Origin: an uncultured Candidatus Saccharibacteria bacterium
GTDB lineage: Bacteria; Patescibacteriota; Minisyncoccia; Phycocordibacterales; SBAW01
Length of the DNA: 64,000 nt
Assembly: GCA_964420015.1 (NCBI GenBank)
Contig: CAYQPO010000001.1
Span: forward strand, 23,048 to 87,047
Reading direction: 5' to 3'
Shown here piece by piece: positions 38,748 through 47,786 of the stretch (the first letter of the stretch is position 1; every line of letters starts with the position of its first letter). The notes under the pieces were generated by a model. It was given only the letters and a program-made list of their open reading frames with translations, did not search any database and was not told where the DNA came from. A program made the translations under genes and the position numbers.

Positions 38748-38753
38748 TAGTAT

Positions 38754-39029
38754 ATGGCATCAAAAAAGGCGGGCGGCACAGCTAAAAACCTAACTGACTC
38801 AAATGCAAAGTACTTGGGCGTAAAGCTCTTTGCAGGGCAGAGGGCGAAGCAGGGCGCGATTATCGTGCGCCAGCGGGGCAACAAGATGCTCCCGGGCCAG
38901 AATGTAGGCGAGGGCAAGGACCACACGCTCTTTGCACTTAAAGAGGGCGTCGTTGCGTTTAAAAATGTGCGCAAACACCGCTTCGACGGCACCAAGTCTG
39001 TCCGCTCTCGCGTCGACGTGATCGCGTAA
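38754..39029 (+). CDS. rpmA: 50S ribosomal protein L27
   Basis: [29 protein letters not shown]... matches L27. Confidence 0.9.
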   Translation: MASKKAGGTAKNLTDSNAKYLGVKLFAGQRAKQGAIIVRQRGNKMLPGQNVGEGKDHTLFALKEGVVAFKNVRKHRFDGTKSVRSRVDVIA

Positions 39030-39146
39030 CAAAACTTTTCAACACACCAAAAGCCCTGCCTCTGGCGGGGCTTTTGTTTGCGTGGTACTGTCGTCTTAGA
39101 CCGAATCCGCTCCGGACCGTTCGGCAAACCAAAATGGAGGTACTCA

Positions 39147-39884
39147 ATGTCTGGACCTTTGCTCGCTCACGAGTTGGTTGTCGCACGTGCTCCACTCGAG
39201 AAAATTCTCGCTGCCACTAAGACCCACCCAGGCTGGACACACGAGCGCTTTGAGGCCCACAAAGCTCACGAACTCTCGCTAGTCCCGCCGCTCCCTTGGT
39301 GGCGCGCGACACTCTGGCATAGCCGGTTCGTCTGCAACAAGATCAACAGCTTCTTCTGCCGGAATGGGAAGGACCGCTCCATCGACTTCTTGTGGTTGGG
39401 AGCAACGAGTATGCTGATCTGCCTTATGATCATCTTCTGCTTCACACCCAAGCCGTGGGACGTGCAGACCATCCTCACGGGGAGTGCCGCTGAAGCCGTG
39501 ATCAGTTTTGGCATTATCGGCCTTTGCATGTGGGCACTGGCGGCGGCGTTTTTCGGCGCCCATCTGCTGAGCTGGCGTATCCACGACTACAAGTTTCTTG
39601 GGCCGGCCAAATGGCAAAGCACCTCGGCACTCAGTGTCGAGGAGCTCCAATGGCTCCCTATCCCGCTGTGGGTCAAGGCAATTGCCCACGAAGTGGCAGC
39701 ATTGCTGCCGGGCACCGTCTTCGTGCTCCATGAGCTCCGTGCCGGCGAATTTACCCTCGATCCGGCACTCGAGGCCTTCATGGTCGATCCAGCAAAGACT
39801 CACCCAAACTATGATTACGGCGTGGTGGAGGACCGCATCCTTTGCGTCTGGAAGGACGACGAGCCGGTCCTGCCGCAGTACTAA
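39147..39884 (+). CDS. hypothetical multi-TM membrane protein
   Basis: start at ATG 6 nt after GGAGG; 4-5 predicted TM helices. Confidence 0.45.
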   Translation: MSGPLLAHELVVARAPLEKILAATKTHPGWTHERFEAHKAHELSLVPPLPWWRATLWHSRFVCNKINSFFCRNGKDRSIDFLWLGATSMLICLMIIFCFTPKPWDVQTILTGSAAEAVISFGIIGLCMWALAAAFFGAHLLSWRIHDYKFLGPAKWQSTSALSVEELQWLPIPLWVKAIAHEVAALLPGTVFVLHELRAGEFTLDPALEAFMVDPAKTHPNYDYGVVEDRILCVWKDDEPVLPQY

Positions 39885-39903
39885 GCGCGGCTGCGCGAAA
39901 TGC

Positions 39904-39936
39904 AAAAGGCCCCGGAGAACCCGGGGCCTTTTTGTT
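39904..39936. terminator. bidirectional rho-independent terminator
   Basis: AAAA-GGCCCCGG-agaa-CCCGGGGCC-TTTTT. Confidence 0.65.
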
Positions 39937-39946
39937 GCTCAGATGA

Positions 39947-40303
39947 TTAGAGATACCAGCCGCCGCCGTAACCGTAGCCGCTGTAGATCGGGTAACCAAG
40001 ATAGGGCAACCCTGCGTTGACCATCGGCGAGCCCGAGGTGTAGCCGTAGTTGTTGTACCCGTAGCTCGGGTAACCATAACCACTGTAGTTGCCATAACCG
40101 CTGCCATATCCGCCACCATAGCCACCGTAGGGCTGATAGCCGCCATAGTAGGCGCAGCCGCTGCAAGAGCTAAACAGGCTACCCGGGGGGACATCGTTGC
40201 CCTGCGAGCCGGCCATATACCACCCACTACCGCCTCCATAGTAGGGTGCGCCCATCATGTACATGAGCGCCACGAGCGCGATGCTTGCCAGTGCTTTTTT
40301 CAT
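39947..40303 (-). CDS. secreted Gly/Tyr-rich low-complexity protein
   Basis: signal peptide MKKALASIALVALMYMMGA then about 90 residues dominated by GYG/YGG repeats. Confidence 0.45.
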   Translation of the reverse strand: MKKALASIALVALMYMMGAPYYGGGSGWYMAGSQGNDVPPGSLFSSCSGCAYYGGYQPYGGYGGGYGSGYGNYSGYGYPSYGYNNYGYTSGSPMVNAGLPYLGYPIYSGYGYGGGWYL

Positions 40304-40346
40304 AGGTCGCAGCACTATAGCACAGGCGCTCTAAATGTGAAGTGAG

Positions 40347-40793
40347 CTAGATCCCGGCCGCAATAGCGACCGAAACTTCAGCCGTATGGTTGGCACTTTG
40401 CAACTGTACCGTATGCTCCCCTATTGTTTTAATCGGCTCTTGGATACGGATTGCACTCTCCGGGATCTCAAGACTATGCTCTTCTAAAATTGCCTTGGCG
40501 ATTTCACGCTCGCCTACCGATTTAAACAAGCCACCCTTTTCGGTCGCGCGCGTTTGGAGTGCAACTTTTTTGCCGCGCAAACTTTGGACTTTGGCGTCGA
40601 GTTGCTCTTGCTCTTTTTGCCTTTGTGCCTCGAGTTCAGCGCGTTTGGCCTCAATTTGTTTCATCTTCTCCTCCGTAGCAGGTTCGGCCAAACGAGCAGG
40701 AAAAAGTTTGTTGATCGCGTAGCCATCGGCCACGGTTTGGACGGTGCCATGCATCCCCACCCCGCGCACATCTTTGAGCAAAATAACTTTCAT
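40347..40793 (-). CDS. rplI: 50S ribosomal protein L9
   Basis: MKVILLKDVRGVGMHGTVQTVADGYAINKLFP... matches L9 N-domain; 148 aa. Confidence 0.85.
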   Translation of the reverse strand: MKVILLKDVRGVGMHGTVQTVADGYAINKLFPARLAEPATEEKMKQIEAKRAELEAQRQKEQEQLDAKVQSLRGKKVALQTRATEKGGLFKSVGEREIAKAILEEHSLEIPESAIRIQEPIKTIGEHTVQLQSANHTAEVSVAIAAGI

Positions 40794-40877
40794 GCAGCAC
40801 AGTATACCAAAAGGCTGAGTTGACTTTTTGAATAGATATACTATAAATAATTTGGTTCAACCAACTGGAGGGCTAAA

Positions 40878-41174
40878 GTGAGTCTCATCAACACCACTGC
40901 GCTCCTCGGAGGTATCGCTCTCGCGTTCGCCTCAGGGGGCTCTGCGATGTTTGCGTTCTCCAAAAACGCGACCCCACCGACATCGACCAGCCGCATCGAT
41001 GAGGTCCACGCTACGTTGAAGAACTTCGATCGCGCGCGGGAGCTCAGCGCAGAGCAGAGGAGTGGCGGATCTACTTCGACCCGACACCGCTCTACCCCAT
41101 CGTGCTGCGCAGCGATGTGCCTCTGCCGCGACCACGGCCTGCTTCGCACTAAGGCGCGCAGTGTCGAGTTCTAA
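40878..41174 (+). CDS. hypothetical small membrane protein
   Basis: 98-aa ORF with N-terminal TM, followed directly by a strong terminator. Confidence 0.3.
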   Translation: MSLINTTALLGGIALAFASGGSAMFAFSKNATPPTSTSRIDEVHATLKNFDRARELSAEQRSGGSTSTRHRSTPSCCAAMCLCRDHGLLRTKARSVEF

Positions 41175-41210
41175 AAGCCCCGGCTGGATGCCGGGGCTTT
41201 TTGTTTTTTT
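41173..41210. terminator. bidirectional rho-independent terminator
   Basis: AAAA-GCCCCGGC-tggat-GCCGGGGC-TTTTTGTTTTTTT. Confidence 0.65.
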
Positions 41211-42501
41211 ACTGCGTGGCGAACCAGGCCATCGCGGCGCTTAGTTGAGGATCTTTACCCTTGGCTGCATCGTCTGCACTGCGGTCGACCTTAATGTCGG
41301 GCTGAATGCCGCCATCGCTGATGTTAGTGCCGTTGGGCGTGAGCCAACGTGCCACAGTGATTTTAATTTCTGCACCGCCGCCAAGATCCATCAGCTGCTG
41401 GACCGAGCCTTTGCCAAAGGTGCGCGTACCAATGAGCTTTGCCACGCCATGTTGCTCAAGAGCACCAGCGAGGATCTCGGCAGCCGAGGCAGTACCTTGG
41501 TCGACCAAAATCGCCATCGAGAGTTTTTTATTGGCAAACACGTTGTACCCGAGCGAGCGGTGTACGATGTTTTGTTGCTTGCCCTTATAGTCTTCGGTCA
41601 CGATCGTGTCGCCTACGGGCAAAAAGTAGCTCGCCATGTCGACTGCCGAGTCGAGATAGCCGCCCGGGTTGCCACGCAGGTCAAGCAAGAGTTTAGTGTC
41701 GCCCGATTGGAAGAAGGCTCGCAGCGCCGCCCGAAAGAGATCTGCCGAGTTTTCGGAGAAGCTGTAGAGGCTAATTTCGTAGATGCCCCCGCCGATGTCT
41801 TTGTAATCGATCACGGGGATCTGAATAGTTTGGCGCACCACTGTAACGATTATGGGGTCGTTTACGCCAGCGCGTTTGAGCGTAAGTTTTACACTCGTAC
41901 CTACGGGCCCGCGGATGATGCTTACTGCGGAGTCGACATCCATCTCTGCGGTCGAGGTTGCGTCAACCGCAACCACAATGTCGCCTGCGCGGATGCCCGC
42001 AGCCTCGGCCGGGCTCCCCTTAAGCGGCGCTACCACGGTCAAAAACCCATTGCGCTCGCCGAGCTCCATACCCACGCCGCCAAAGCTGCCCTTAATTTGT
42101 GCATTAAAACTCTCGGCCTGCTGCGGCGGGAAGAAGACCGTATACGGGTCGCCATAACTCTCTGTGAGCCCCGCAATTGCCCCATAGACTTTGGCCTGAT
42201 CGTCGGGGATTGAGCTCGAGGCGTGGGTCTCTACAAAGTTGTCATTCAGCAACTGCCATGCTTGCCAAAATTTACTCAGGTCAACTCCCGAGGGTGCCTG
42301 CGCTGCGCTAAACGGTGTTACGGTGATCGAACTGCCGAGCGGTGCGGCAGCCGAGACAGTATTTTGTGAGCGCTCGCTTACACCAACAGAGAGCCCGAGC
42401 CCAAATGCAATTAGGAGCGCAACGATAGCTCCCGCAGCAAGCAGTCGAGTGCTGTTCATAATGCAAAGAGTATAGCACGCGAGGAGTGTGTTGGCAGACA
42501 A
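41209..42501 (-). CDS. ctp: carboxyl-terminal processing protease (S41 family, PDZ domain)
   Basis: PDZ region ...GIRAGDIVVAVDA..., catalytic region LVDQGTASAAEIL with Ser and downstream Lys; signal/TM N-terminus. Confidence 0.8.
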   Translation of the reverse strand: MSANTLLACYTLCIMNSTRLLAAGAIVALLIAFGLGLSVGVSERSQNTVSAAAPLGSSITVTPFSAAQAPSGVDLSKFWQAWQLLNDNFVETHASSSIPDDQAKVYGAIAGLTESYGDPYTVFFPPQQAESFNAQIKGSFGGVGMELGERNGFLTVVAPLKGSPAEAAGIRAGDIVVAVDATSTAEMDVDSAVSIIRGPVGTSVKLTLKRAGVNDPIIVTVVRQTIQIPVIDYKDIGGGIYEISLYSFSENSADLFRAALRAFFQSGDTKLLLDLRGNPGGYLDSAVDMASYFLPVGDTIVTEDYKGKQQNIVHRSLGYNVFANKKLSMAILVDQGTASAAEILAGALEQHGVAKLIGTRTFGKGSVQQLMDLGGGAEIKITVARWLTPNGTNISDGGIQPDIKVDRSADDAAKGKDPQLSAAMAWFATQ

Positions 42502-42517
42502 GGTATACTAAACGTAT

Positions 42518-43420
42518 ATGATGACGCGCTATGCGCAGCATAGTTTGGTGTGGGTCGACCTCGTAAGCCCGAGCTCTTCGGAGGTCCGCGCGCTCATGAA
42601 GGAGTTTGCCCTAGATCCGCTCATTGCCGAAGAGCTCCTCACCCCTTCCTTTAAGCCTAAAGTTGAACGCCGCGGCGATGCGGTGTATGTCATACTCCAT
42701 TTCCCTGCGCTCAAGCTCGCCGGCACGCGCCCTGAACAGGAGATCGATTTTGTGGTCGGGAAACACTTTTTGATTACTACCCGATACGAAACGATCGATC
42801 CACTGCACTCGTTTGCTAAAGCATTTGAGGTCTCGACGGTGCTTGGGCGCGATGGTGCGCAACATGGTGGCCACTTGTTTATCTCGCTGGTGCGCAGCCT
42901 GTACCAAGCGCTCAGCGATGAGTGCGTCGAGATCCGCCGGCACCTACAATACATAGAAGACCGCATTTTTAGTGGCGACGAGCGCGGTATGGTGGTGCAG
43001 CTCTCCCATGTGGGCCGCACGATCCACGACTTTCGGGTAAGTTTGCAACCACATCACGAGATGCTCAACTCGCTTGAGCCGGCTGCCGGGCGCTTTTTTG
43101 GCGTCGAATTTGGGTATTACGTGCGCGAACTTGTGGGCGCCTATGAGCGCGTACTGCGCACGCTTGAGAACTTGCACGGCTCGCTCGAAGAGCTTAGAGC
43201 AACCAACGACTCACTGTTGACCACCAAACAAAACGAGACGGTCCAAAAACTAACCGTGGTTGCGTTTATCTTTTTGCCGCTGTCGTTTATGGCATCGCTT
43301 TTTGGGATGAGCAACGTTCCCGGGTTTGCAACGCCGGCGGGCTTCTGGTACGCGGCCGCCACTATGGTTATTATTGCTGCTGCATGTTTCGGCTATTTCA
43401 AACACAAAGGGTGGCTTTAA
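42518..43420 (+). CDS. corA: magnesium/cobalt transporter CorA
   Basis: cytoplasmic N-domain, two C-terminal TM helices with GMSNVPG (GMN-type) motif. Confidence 0.75.
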   Translation: MMTRYAQHSLVWVDLVSPSSSEVRALMKEFALDPLIAEELLTPSFKPKVERRGDAVYVILHFPALKLAGTRPEQEIDFVVGKHFLITTRYETIDPLHSFAKAFEVSTVLGRDGAQHGGHLFISLVRSLYQALSDECVEIRRHLQYIEDRIFSGDERGMVVQLSHVGRTIHDFRVSLQPHHEMLNSLEPAAGRFFGVEFGYYVRELVGAYERVLRTLENLHGSLEELRATNDSLLTTKQNETVQKLTVVAFIFLPLSFMASLFGMSNVPGFATPAGFWYAAATMVIIAAACFGYFKHKGWL

Positions 43421-43476
43421 AACCCCCGCTCAAATTCTCTAACACGCTCTCGCGCAAAGTCGAGGTTTTTGAGCCT

Positions 43477-44793
43477 ATGGGCAGCGTGGTCAAAATATAT
43501 AACTGCGGGCCGACCGTGTACGACTACGTGCACATCGGCAACCTGCGCTCTTACATTTTTGCCGACACTATTGCGCGCGCACTGCGCGCGTGGGGCTACG
43601 CACTCGACCAGGTGATCAACATCACCGACTTTGGACACCTGGTCTCCAACGCCGACGAAGGCGAAGACAAGATGAGCAAGGGCCTTCGGCGCGAAGGGTT
43701 GGAGCTCACCATGGAGAACATGCGCTCGCTCGCCGAGCGCTACACAAGTGCATTTATGAATGACCTCGCCGCAGTGGGGATCGATACTAAAGACGTCCGC
43801 TTTCCCCGCGCAAGCGACTATATTAAAGAGCAGATCGCTCTCATCGAAAAGCTCGACAAAAAAGGGTTTGTCTACGTATTACCAAGTGGGGTCTACTTTA
43901 ATACGGCAAAACTCCCTAACTATGGCAAGCTCGGCTTGCTCGACCTCGCTCACCAGCAGACAGGCGCACGCATTGATGCAAGCGGAAAAAAGAACCAGCA
44001 AGATTTTGTACTCTGGAAACCTGACCAAAAATTGGGTTGGGAGTCGCCGTATGGTCGCGGCTTCCCCGGTTGGCACATCGAGTGCACCGCGATGATTTTT
44101 AAACTGCTCGGGGAGCAGATCGATATCCACACCGGCGGCGTCGACCATATCCCCGTACATCACAACAACGAAATTGCTCAGGCTGAGGCCGCAAGTGGCA
44201 AAAGCCCCTTTGTGCGTTACTGGATGCATCATGCGTTTATCACCATCGACGAAAACCGCATCGGCAAGTCGCAGGGTAACGCGATACTCCTCAAAGCTCT
44301 AGCAGAGCACGGCATAAGCCCACTTGCGCTGCGCTACCTGTACCTCACTGCGCACTACCGCTCGCCAATGAACTTTACTTGGGAAGCTTTAGAGGGAGCT
44401 GAGCAAGCCTTAAAACGTTTGCAGCGCACCTACATGGCGATGCCCGACCTGCCTGCGCAGGCAGGGGGCGAGCTAAACAAAGCATTTCTCAAAGAGTTTT
44501 ATGTAGCGATCGCCAACGACCTTGACACTCCCAAAGCGCTCGCCACGATTTGGAGCAACCTCGACAAGCTCAACAAAAAGACGCTCGATGAGGCTGACAA
44601 GATACTCGGTTTGCAACTTGCCAATACAAAAGCCGAGACCATCCCGCCCGCAATCAAAAAACTTGCCAGCGAACGCGAAGCAGCTCGCCAAAATAAAGAC
44701 TTCGCCCGTTCTGACGAAATTAGGAAACAGATAGAATCTGCTGGCTATATAGTAAGAGATACTGCTGCCGGGCCAGAGATCTCCAAAAAATAG
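43477..44793 (+). CDS. cysS: cysteine--tRNA ligase
   Basis: YNCGPTVYDYVHIGNLRSYI (HIGH), WHIECTAM zinc site, KIGKS (KMSKS-like); start moved to internal ATG. Confidence 0.85.
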   Translation: MGSVVKIYNCGPTVYDYVHIGNLRSYIFADTIARALRAWGYALDQVINITDFGHLVSNADEGEDKMSKGLRREGLELTMENMRSLAERYTSAFMNDLAAVGIDTKDVRFPRASDYIKEQIALIEKLDKKGFVYVLPSGVYFNTAKLPNYGKLGLLDLAHQQTGARIDASGKKNQQDFVLWKPDQKLGWESPYGRGFPGWHIECTAMIFKLLGEQIDIHTGGVDHIPVHHNNEIAQAEAASGKSPFVRYWMHHAFITIDENRIGKSQGNAILLKALAEHGISPLALRYLYLTAHYRSPMNFTWEALEGAEQALKRLQRTYMAMPDLPAQAGGELNKAFLKEFYVAIANDLDTPKALATIWSNLDKLNKKTLDEADKILGLQLANTKAETIPPAIKKLASEREAARQNKDFARSDEIRKQIESAGYIVRDTAAGPEISKK

Positions 44794-44859
44794 ACTATCC
44801 CCTCTTTATCCCCTCTATACACAAGTTGCGGGGTTTGGAGATAGGCGTACGCTTAGGGT

Positions 44860-46236
44860 ATGACCAAGGGTAAAAAAGGTGACTCGCTGCGGCTGCCGCC
44901 ACAAACCTTAGAGACCGAAAAAGCTTTTTTGGGCGCGCTCATGATCAGACCTGAAGGCATGGCCGAGAGCTCAGATATAATCTCGCAAGATGCGTTCTAT
45001 GCCGAAAAGCACCGCATCATCTACCGCGCGATGCTTGCGCTGTATCAAAAAAACGAGCCGATCGATGTCGAGTCGGTGCGCGCCAAACTCCAAGACCAAG
45101 GCGATTTGGAGCATATCGGCGGCGTGGTATATCTCGCCGAACTCGCAGCCGAGGTGCCAGCGGCGAGCAACGCGCGACACTACGCAAGCCAGGTACAAAA
45201 AAAGTTTATGCTCCGCAGCCTCATCGACGCCGGCGAGTACGTAGCCGAGCTCGGCTACGACGAAGCGGGCGATTTGGAAGAGACGCTCGACAAAGCGGAG
45301 AAGAAAATTTATGAAGTGACCTCAACGCCGACGATGGCCAAGTTTACCGCACTCGGTGAGTCGCTCAAGAGCGCGTGGGAGCGCTTGGAGCACCTCCACG
45401 AGCACAAAGACGAGATGCGCGGCGTACGTACCGGGTTTAAAGATCTCGACAACATGCTCGCTGGTTTGCAAAAAAGCGACCTCATTATCTTGGCCGCACG
45501 CCCATCGATGGGCAAAACCTCGCTTGCCCTCGACATTGCCCGCCAAGCGGCGGTGCAACACAGTGCGGTGGTAGGGATTTTTAGCCTCGAGATGGCGGCG
45601 CAGCAACTCATTGACCGCATGGTCGCTGCCGAGGCACGCGTCAACTCCTGGAGTTTGCGCACCGGGCATATCAATGACCAAGACGATTGGGACCGCATCC
45701 GCGAGGCCTACGACCGGCTTGGCCAAGCGCCGATCTTTATCGACGACCAGCCGGGTAGCAATATTCTTAAAATGCGTGCAGTCGCCAGACGTCTTAAAAA
45801 AGAGCGCGGGCTTGACCTGCTCATCGTCGACTACCTGCAGCTGATGGTGCCCACGGGCTCTAAGGCCTCGGATAGCCTTGTACAGCAGGTGACCGAAATT
45901 TCTCGCTCACTCAAAAACCTCGCTCGCGAGATGGACGTGCCGGTCTTGGCGCTCTCGCAACTTAGTCGTGCGGTTGAGCAGCGTCGGGGCAAGCCGCGCT
46001 TAAGCGACTTGCGCGACTCGGGCTCGATCGAGCAAGACGCAGACGTCGTTATGTTTATCCACCGCGACGACAAAATGAATGAAAACTCCGAGCGCCCCAA
46101 CATTGCCGAGATTTTGATCGAGAAGCACCGCAACGGCCCCGTGGGCAAGATCGACCTCTACTTCGACGAAAAGCGCACCACCTTCCAGTCGCTCGAAAAA
46201 GCAGACTTGGCTGCGTTTGACGAAGCCCCCTTCTAA
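44860..46236 (+). CDS. dnaB: replicative DNA helicase DnaB
   Basis: LPPQTLETEKAFLGALM N-domain; Walker A ARPSMGKTS; 458 aa. Confidence 0.9.
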   Translation: MTKGKKGDSLRLPPQTLETEKAFLGALMIRPEGMAESSDIISQDAFYAEKHRIIYRAMLALYQKNEPIDVESVRAKLQDQGDLEHIGGVVYLAELAAEVPAASNARHYASQVQKKFMLRSLIDAGEYVAELGYDEAGDLEETLDKAEKKIYEVTSTPTMAKFTALGESLKSAWERLEHLHEHKDEMRGVRTGFKDLDNMLAGLQKSDLIILAARPSMGKTSLALDIARQAAVQHSAVVGIFSLEMAAQQLIDRMVAAEARVNSWSLRTGHINDQDDWDRIREAYDRLGQAPIFIDDQPGSNILKMRAVARRLKKERGLDLLIVDYLQLMVPTGSKASDSLVQQVTEISRSLKNLAREMDVPVLALSQLSRAVEQRRGKPRLSDLRDSGSIEQDADVVMFIHRDDKMNENSERPNIAEILIEKHRNGPVGKIDLYFDEKRTTFQSLEKADLAAFDEAPF

Positions 46237-46851
46237 ATGTCTCCCATCGACCGACTCACCCAATTGTTTGAAAAATTCCCCGGTATAGGCCCGCGCCAAG
46301 CACGCCGCTTTGTGCACTATTTGCTCGTGGTTTCCCCTGCTACGCGCGCCGAGTTCGCTGCGCAGATTCAGGCACTTGGCGCGGCAACCGCACAGTGCAG
46401 ACGTTGTTTTAGGTGGTTTACCAAGGAAGGTAAGGCTGCACTCTGCAACATTTGTAGTAACGACACGCGCGACAAATCGACGCTTTTTGTTGTGGAGAAA
46501 GACGCCGACATCGACACAGTCGAAAAAACAGCTTATCGCGGAGTGTATTTCGTACTTGGGGGCACGATCCCGCTTGGGGTCGAAGAACCACAGAAATATG
46601 TTCGAGCAAAAGAGCTCTTAAGCCGAGTTGAAGAAGACGCCTCAGCCAGCTTGCTTAAAGAAATAATTTTGGGTCTCTCGGCCACCACCGAGGGCGACCA
46701 CACCCGCGAGCTCTTGCAGGAAAAGTTGCTGCCAATTACACAGGGCTTTAATCTTAAACTCTCCTCGCTTGGCCGCGGGCTCTCTACGGGGAGCGAGCTC
46801 GAGTACGCCGACCCGGACACCATTAGCCAAGCTCTGGGCAATAGACATTAA
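46237..46851 (+). CDS. recR: recombination protein RecR
   Basis: HhH N-terminus FPGIGPRQARR, C4 zinc finger CxxC...CxxC, Toprim. Confidence 0.85.
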   Translation: MSPIDRLTQLFEKFPGIGPRQARRFVHYLLVVSPATRAEFAAQIQALGAATAQCRRCFRWFTKEGKAALCNICSNDTRDKSTLFVVEKDADIDTVEKTAYRGVYFVLGGTIPLGVEEPQKYVRAKELLSRVEEDASASLLKEIILGLSATTEGDHTRELLQEKLLPITQGFNLKLSSLGRGLSTGSELEYADPDTISQALGNRH

Positions 46852-46853
46852 GC

Positions 46854-47372
46854 ATGAATATTACCCTCATCGGTATGCCTGGCTCGGGCAAAACTACCGT
46901 TGGCCAAGCACTGGCTGAAAAGTTGGGTTGGGGTTTTGTCGACACCGACTCCATCATCGCTGCGCAGCGCGCAACACTGCAAACCATTCTCGATACCGAA
47001 GGTGCCGCAGCGTTCAGAAAGATAGAGATGGAGGCGATAGTAGCACTGAGTGCACTCGAACGTACGATCATATCGCCCGGTGGCAGCGTGGTGTACTCTG
47101 AGCGTTCAATGGAGCATCTTAAATCGATCTCGACCATCATTTACTTAGATGTCCCCCTCGCGGTAATCCGTGGGCGTATAGACGAGACCGCTCGAGGCAT
47201 TATCGGGCTTAAGGAAAAAGGTTGGGATGTGCTCTTTGCCGAGCGTACCACACTCTACAAAAAATATGCCGACTTTACCTTGGTGCCTCGCGGCGGCCCA
47301 CCCGAAGAAGACGCGCTTCAGATTTTGGAAGAAATCCCCGAGATCAAAAAACTCGTCGTGTTGGTTGTGTAG
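46854..47372 (+). CDS. aroK: shikimate kinase
   Basis: P-loop ITLIGMPGSGKTTVG and GWGFVDTD; 172 aa. Confidence 0.7.
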   Translation: MNITLIGMPGSGKTTVGQALAEKLGWGFVDTDSIIAAQRATLQTILDTEGAAAFRKIEMEAIVALSALERTIISPGGSVVYSERSMEHLKSISTIIYLDVPLAVIRGRIDETARGIIGLKEKGWDVLFAERTTLYKKYADFTLVPRGGPPEEDALQILEEIPEIKKLVVLVV

Positions 47373-47384
47373 GACGAGTTTTTG

Positions 47385-47714
47385 CTATGCAAGCTTCGTA
47401 ATCTTTACCTCAAAGTAAGGCTGGCGATGGCCGCGCTTTTTAAAGTAGTTGCTCTTTGCCTTGTATTTAATGACGGTCACCTTGGCCGCGCGAGCGATTT
47501 TGGTGATTTCGGCAGAGACCTTGGCGCCCGAAATATAGGGCATGCCGATGGTGGTGTCTTGGCCGTTGTCGACCATAAGGACAGTATCAAAAACCACCTT
47601 GTCGCCGACCTTGTGGTCACCTTTAATTTTTTCAATCTTGACCTTTTGGCCTTCAGCGACGAGGTATTGCTTACCGCCGGTCTCGATGATTGCGAATTCT
47701 TTACTGTCTGCCAT
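47385..47714 (-). CDS. rplU: 50S ribosomal protein L21
   Basis: FAIIETGGKQYLVAEGQKVKIEKI... matches L21. Confidence 0.9.
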   Translation of the reverse strand: MADSKEFAIIETGGKQYLVAEGQKVKIEKIKGDHKVGDKVVFDTVLMVDNGQDTTIGMPYISGAKVSAEITKIARAAKVTVIKYKAKSNYFKKRGHRQPYFEVKITKLA

Positions 47715-47786
47715 AGAAAATACGAGCCGAAGCTCGCTCCAAGAATATAGCTCAAAAGGCCTGCGTGTGCAAGCAAAAGCCCAACC

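Noticed and set aside
40861-40900. Apparent one-nucleotide mismatch between my reading of the sequence and the ORF-track translation (MSLINTT) for ORF 40878..41174
   Set aside because: Most likely my own counting or reading error in a C-rich run. It does not affect any call. The track coordinates were used.
41245-42213. 322-aa plus-strand ORF
   Set aside because: Antisense to the S41 protease gene, whose PDZ and catalytic motifs are clear.
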